Of a DNA stretch of 64,000 bases, positions 63,923 to 64,000 are shown piece after piece (position 1 is the stretch's first letter; each line of letters opens with the position of its first letter). Made by a program: the position numbers and the translations under genes. Under the pieces are notes generated by a model. It worked only from the letters and a program-made list of their open reading frames with translations. It was not told the origin of the DNA and did no database searches. The DNA comes from Callorhinchus milii (lineage: Eukaryota): assembly GCF_018977255.1 (NCBI RefSeq), contig NW_024704771.1, forward strand, positions 3,472,001 to 3,536,000. Direction: 5' to 3'.

Positions 63923-64000
63923 AATTTTGGGATATTCTCCTGACATGAGAAGCACTGTGTAAATGTTATCTATTGTTGTTGGATGACTCTTAAAGAGCAA

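Overview
Vertebrate (eukaryotic) genomic DNA, most likely a cartilaginous fish and possibly a holocephalan (chimaera), judged from the repeats (CR1 and L2 LINEs, an AAT-tailed tRNA-headed SINE, DeuSINE fragments); one N-gap at 60372-60513. Inside the repeat-rich background is a head-to-tail minus-strand array of at least four paralogous genes (A 922-9594, B ~18329-40078, C ~45866-59535, and one exon of D at 62636-62743). I rebuilt them exon by exon from GT/AG sites and matching exon lengths. Each encodes signal peptide + CD2/SLAM-like disulfide-less IgV + IgC2 + a multipass membrane region (4 clear helices, probably 5, CD47-like). Gene B has an extra N-terminal CD200-like V domain. The coding bodies are highly diverged (V domains A vs C about one-third identical by eye), but the CpG-island promoter and leader exon are about 99% identical in A, B and C and carry a variable-copy array of NRF1/GC-box motifs. 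I cannot assign a known gene name. The 3'-terminal exons are only tentatively located.
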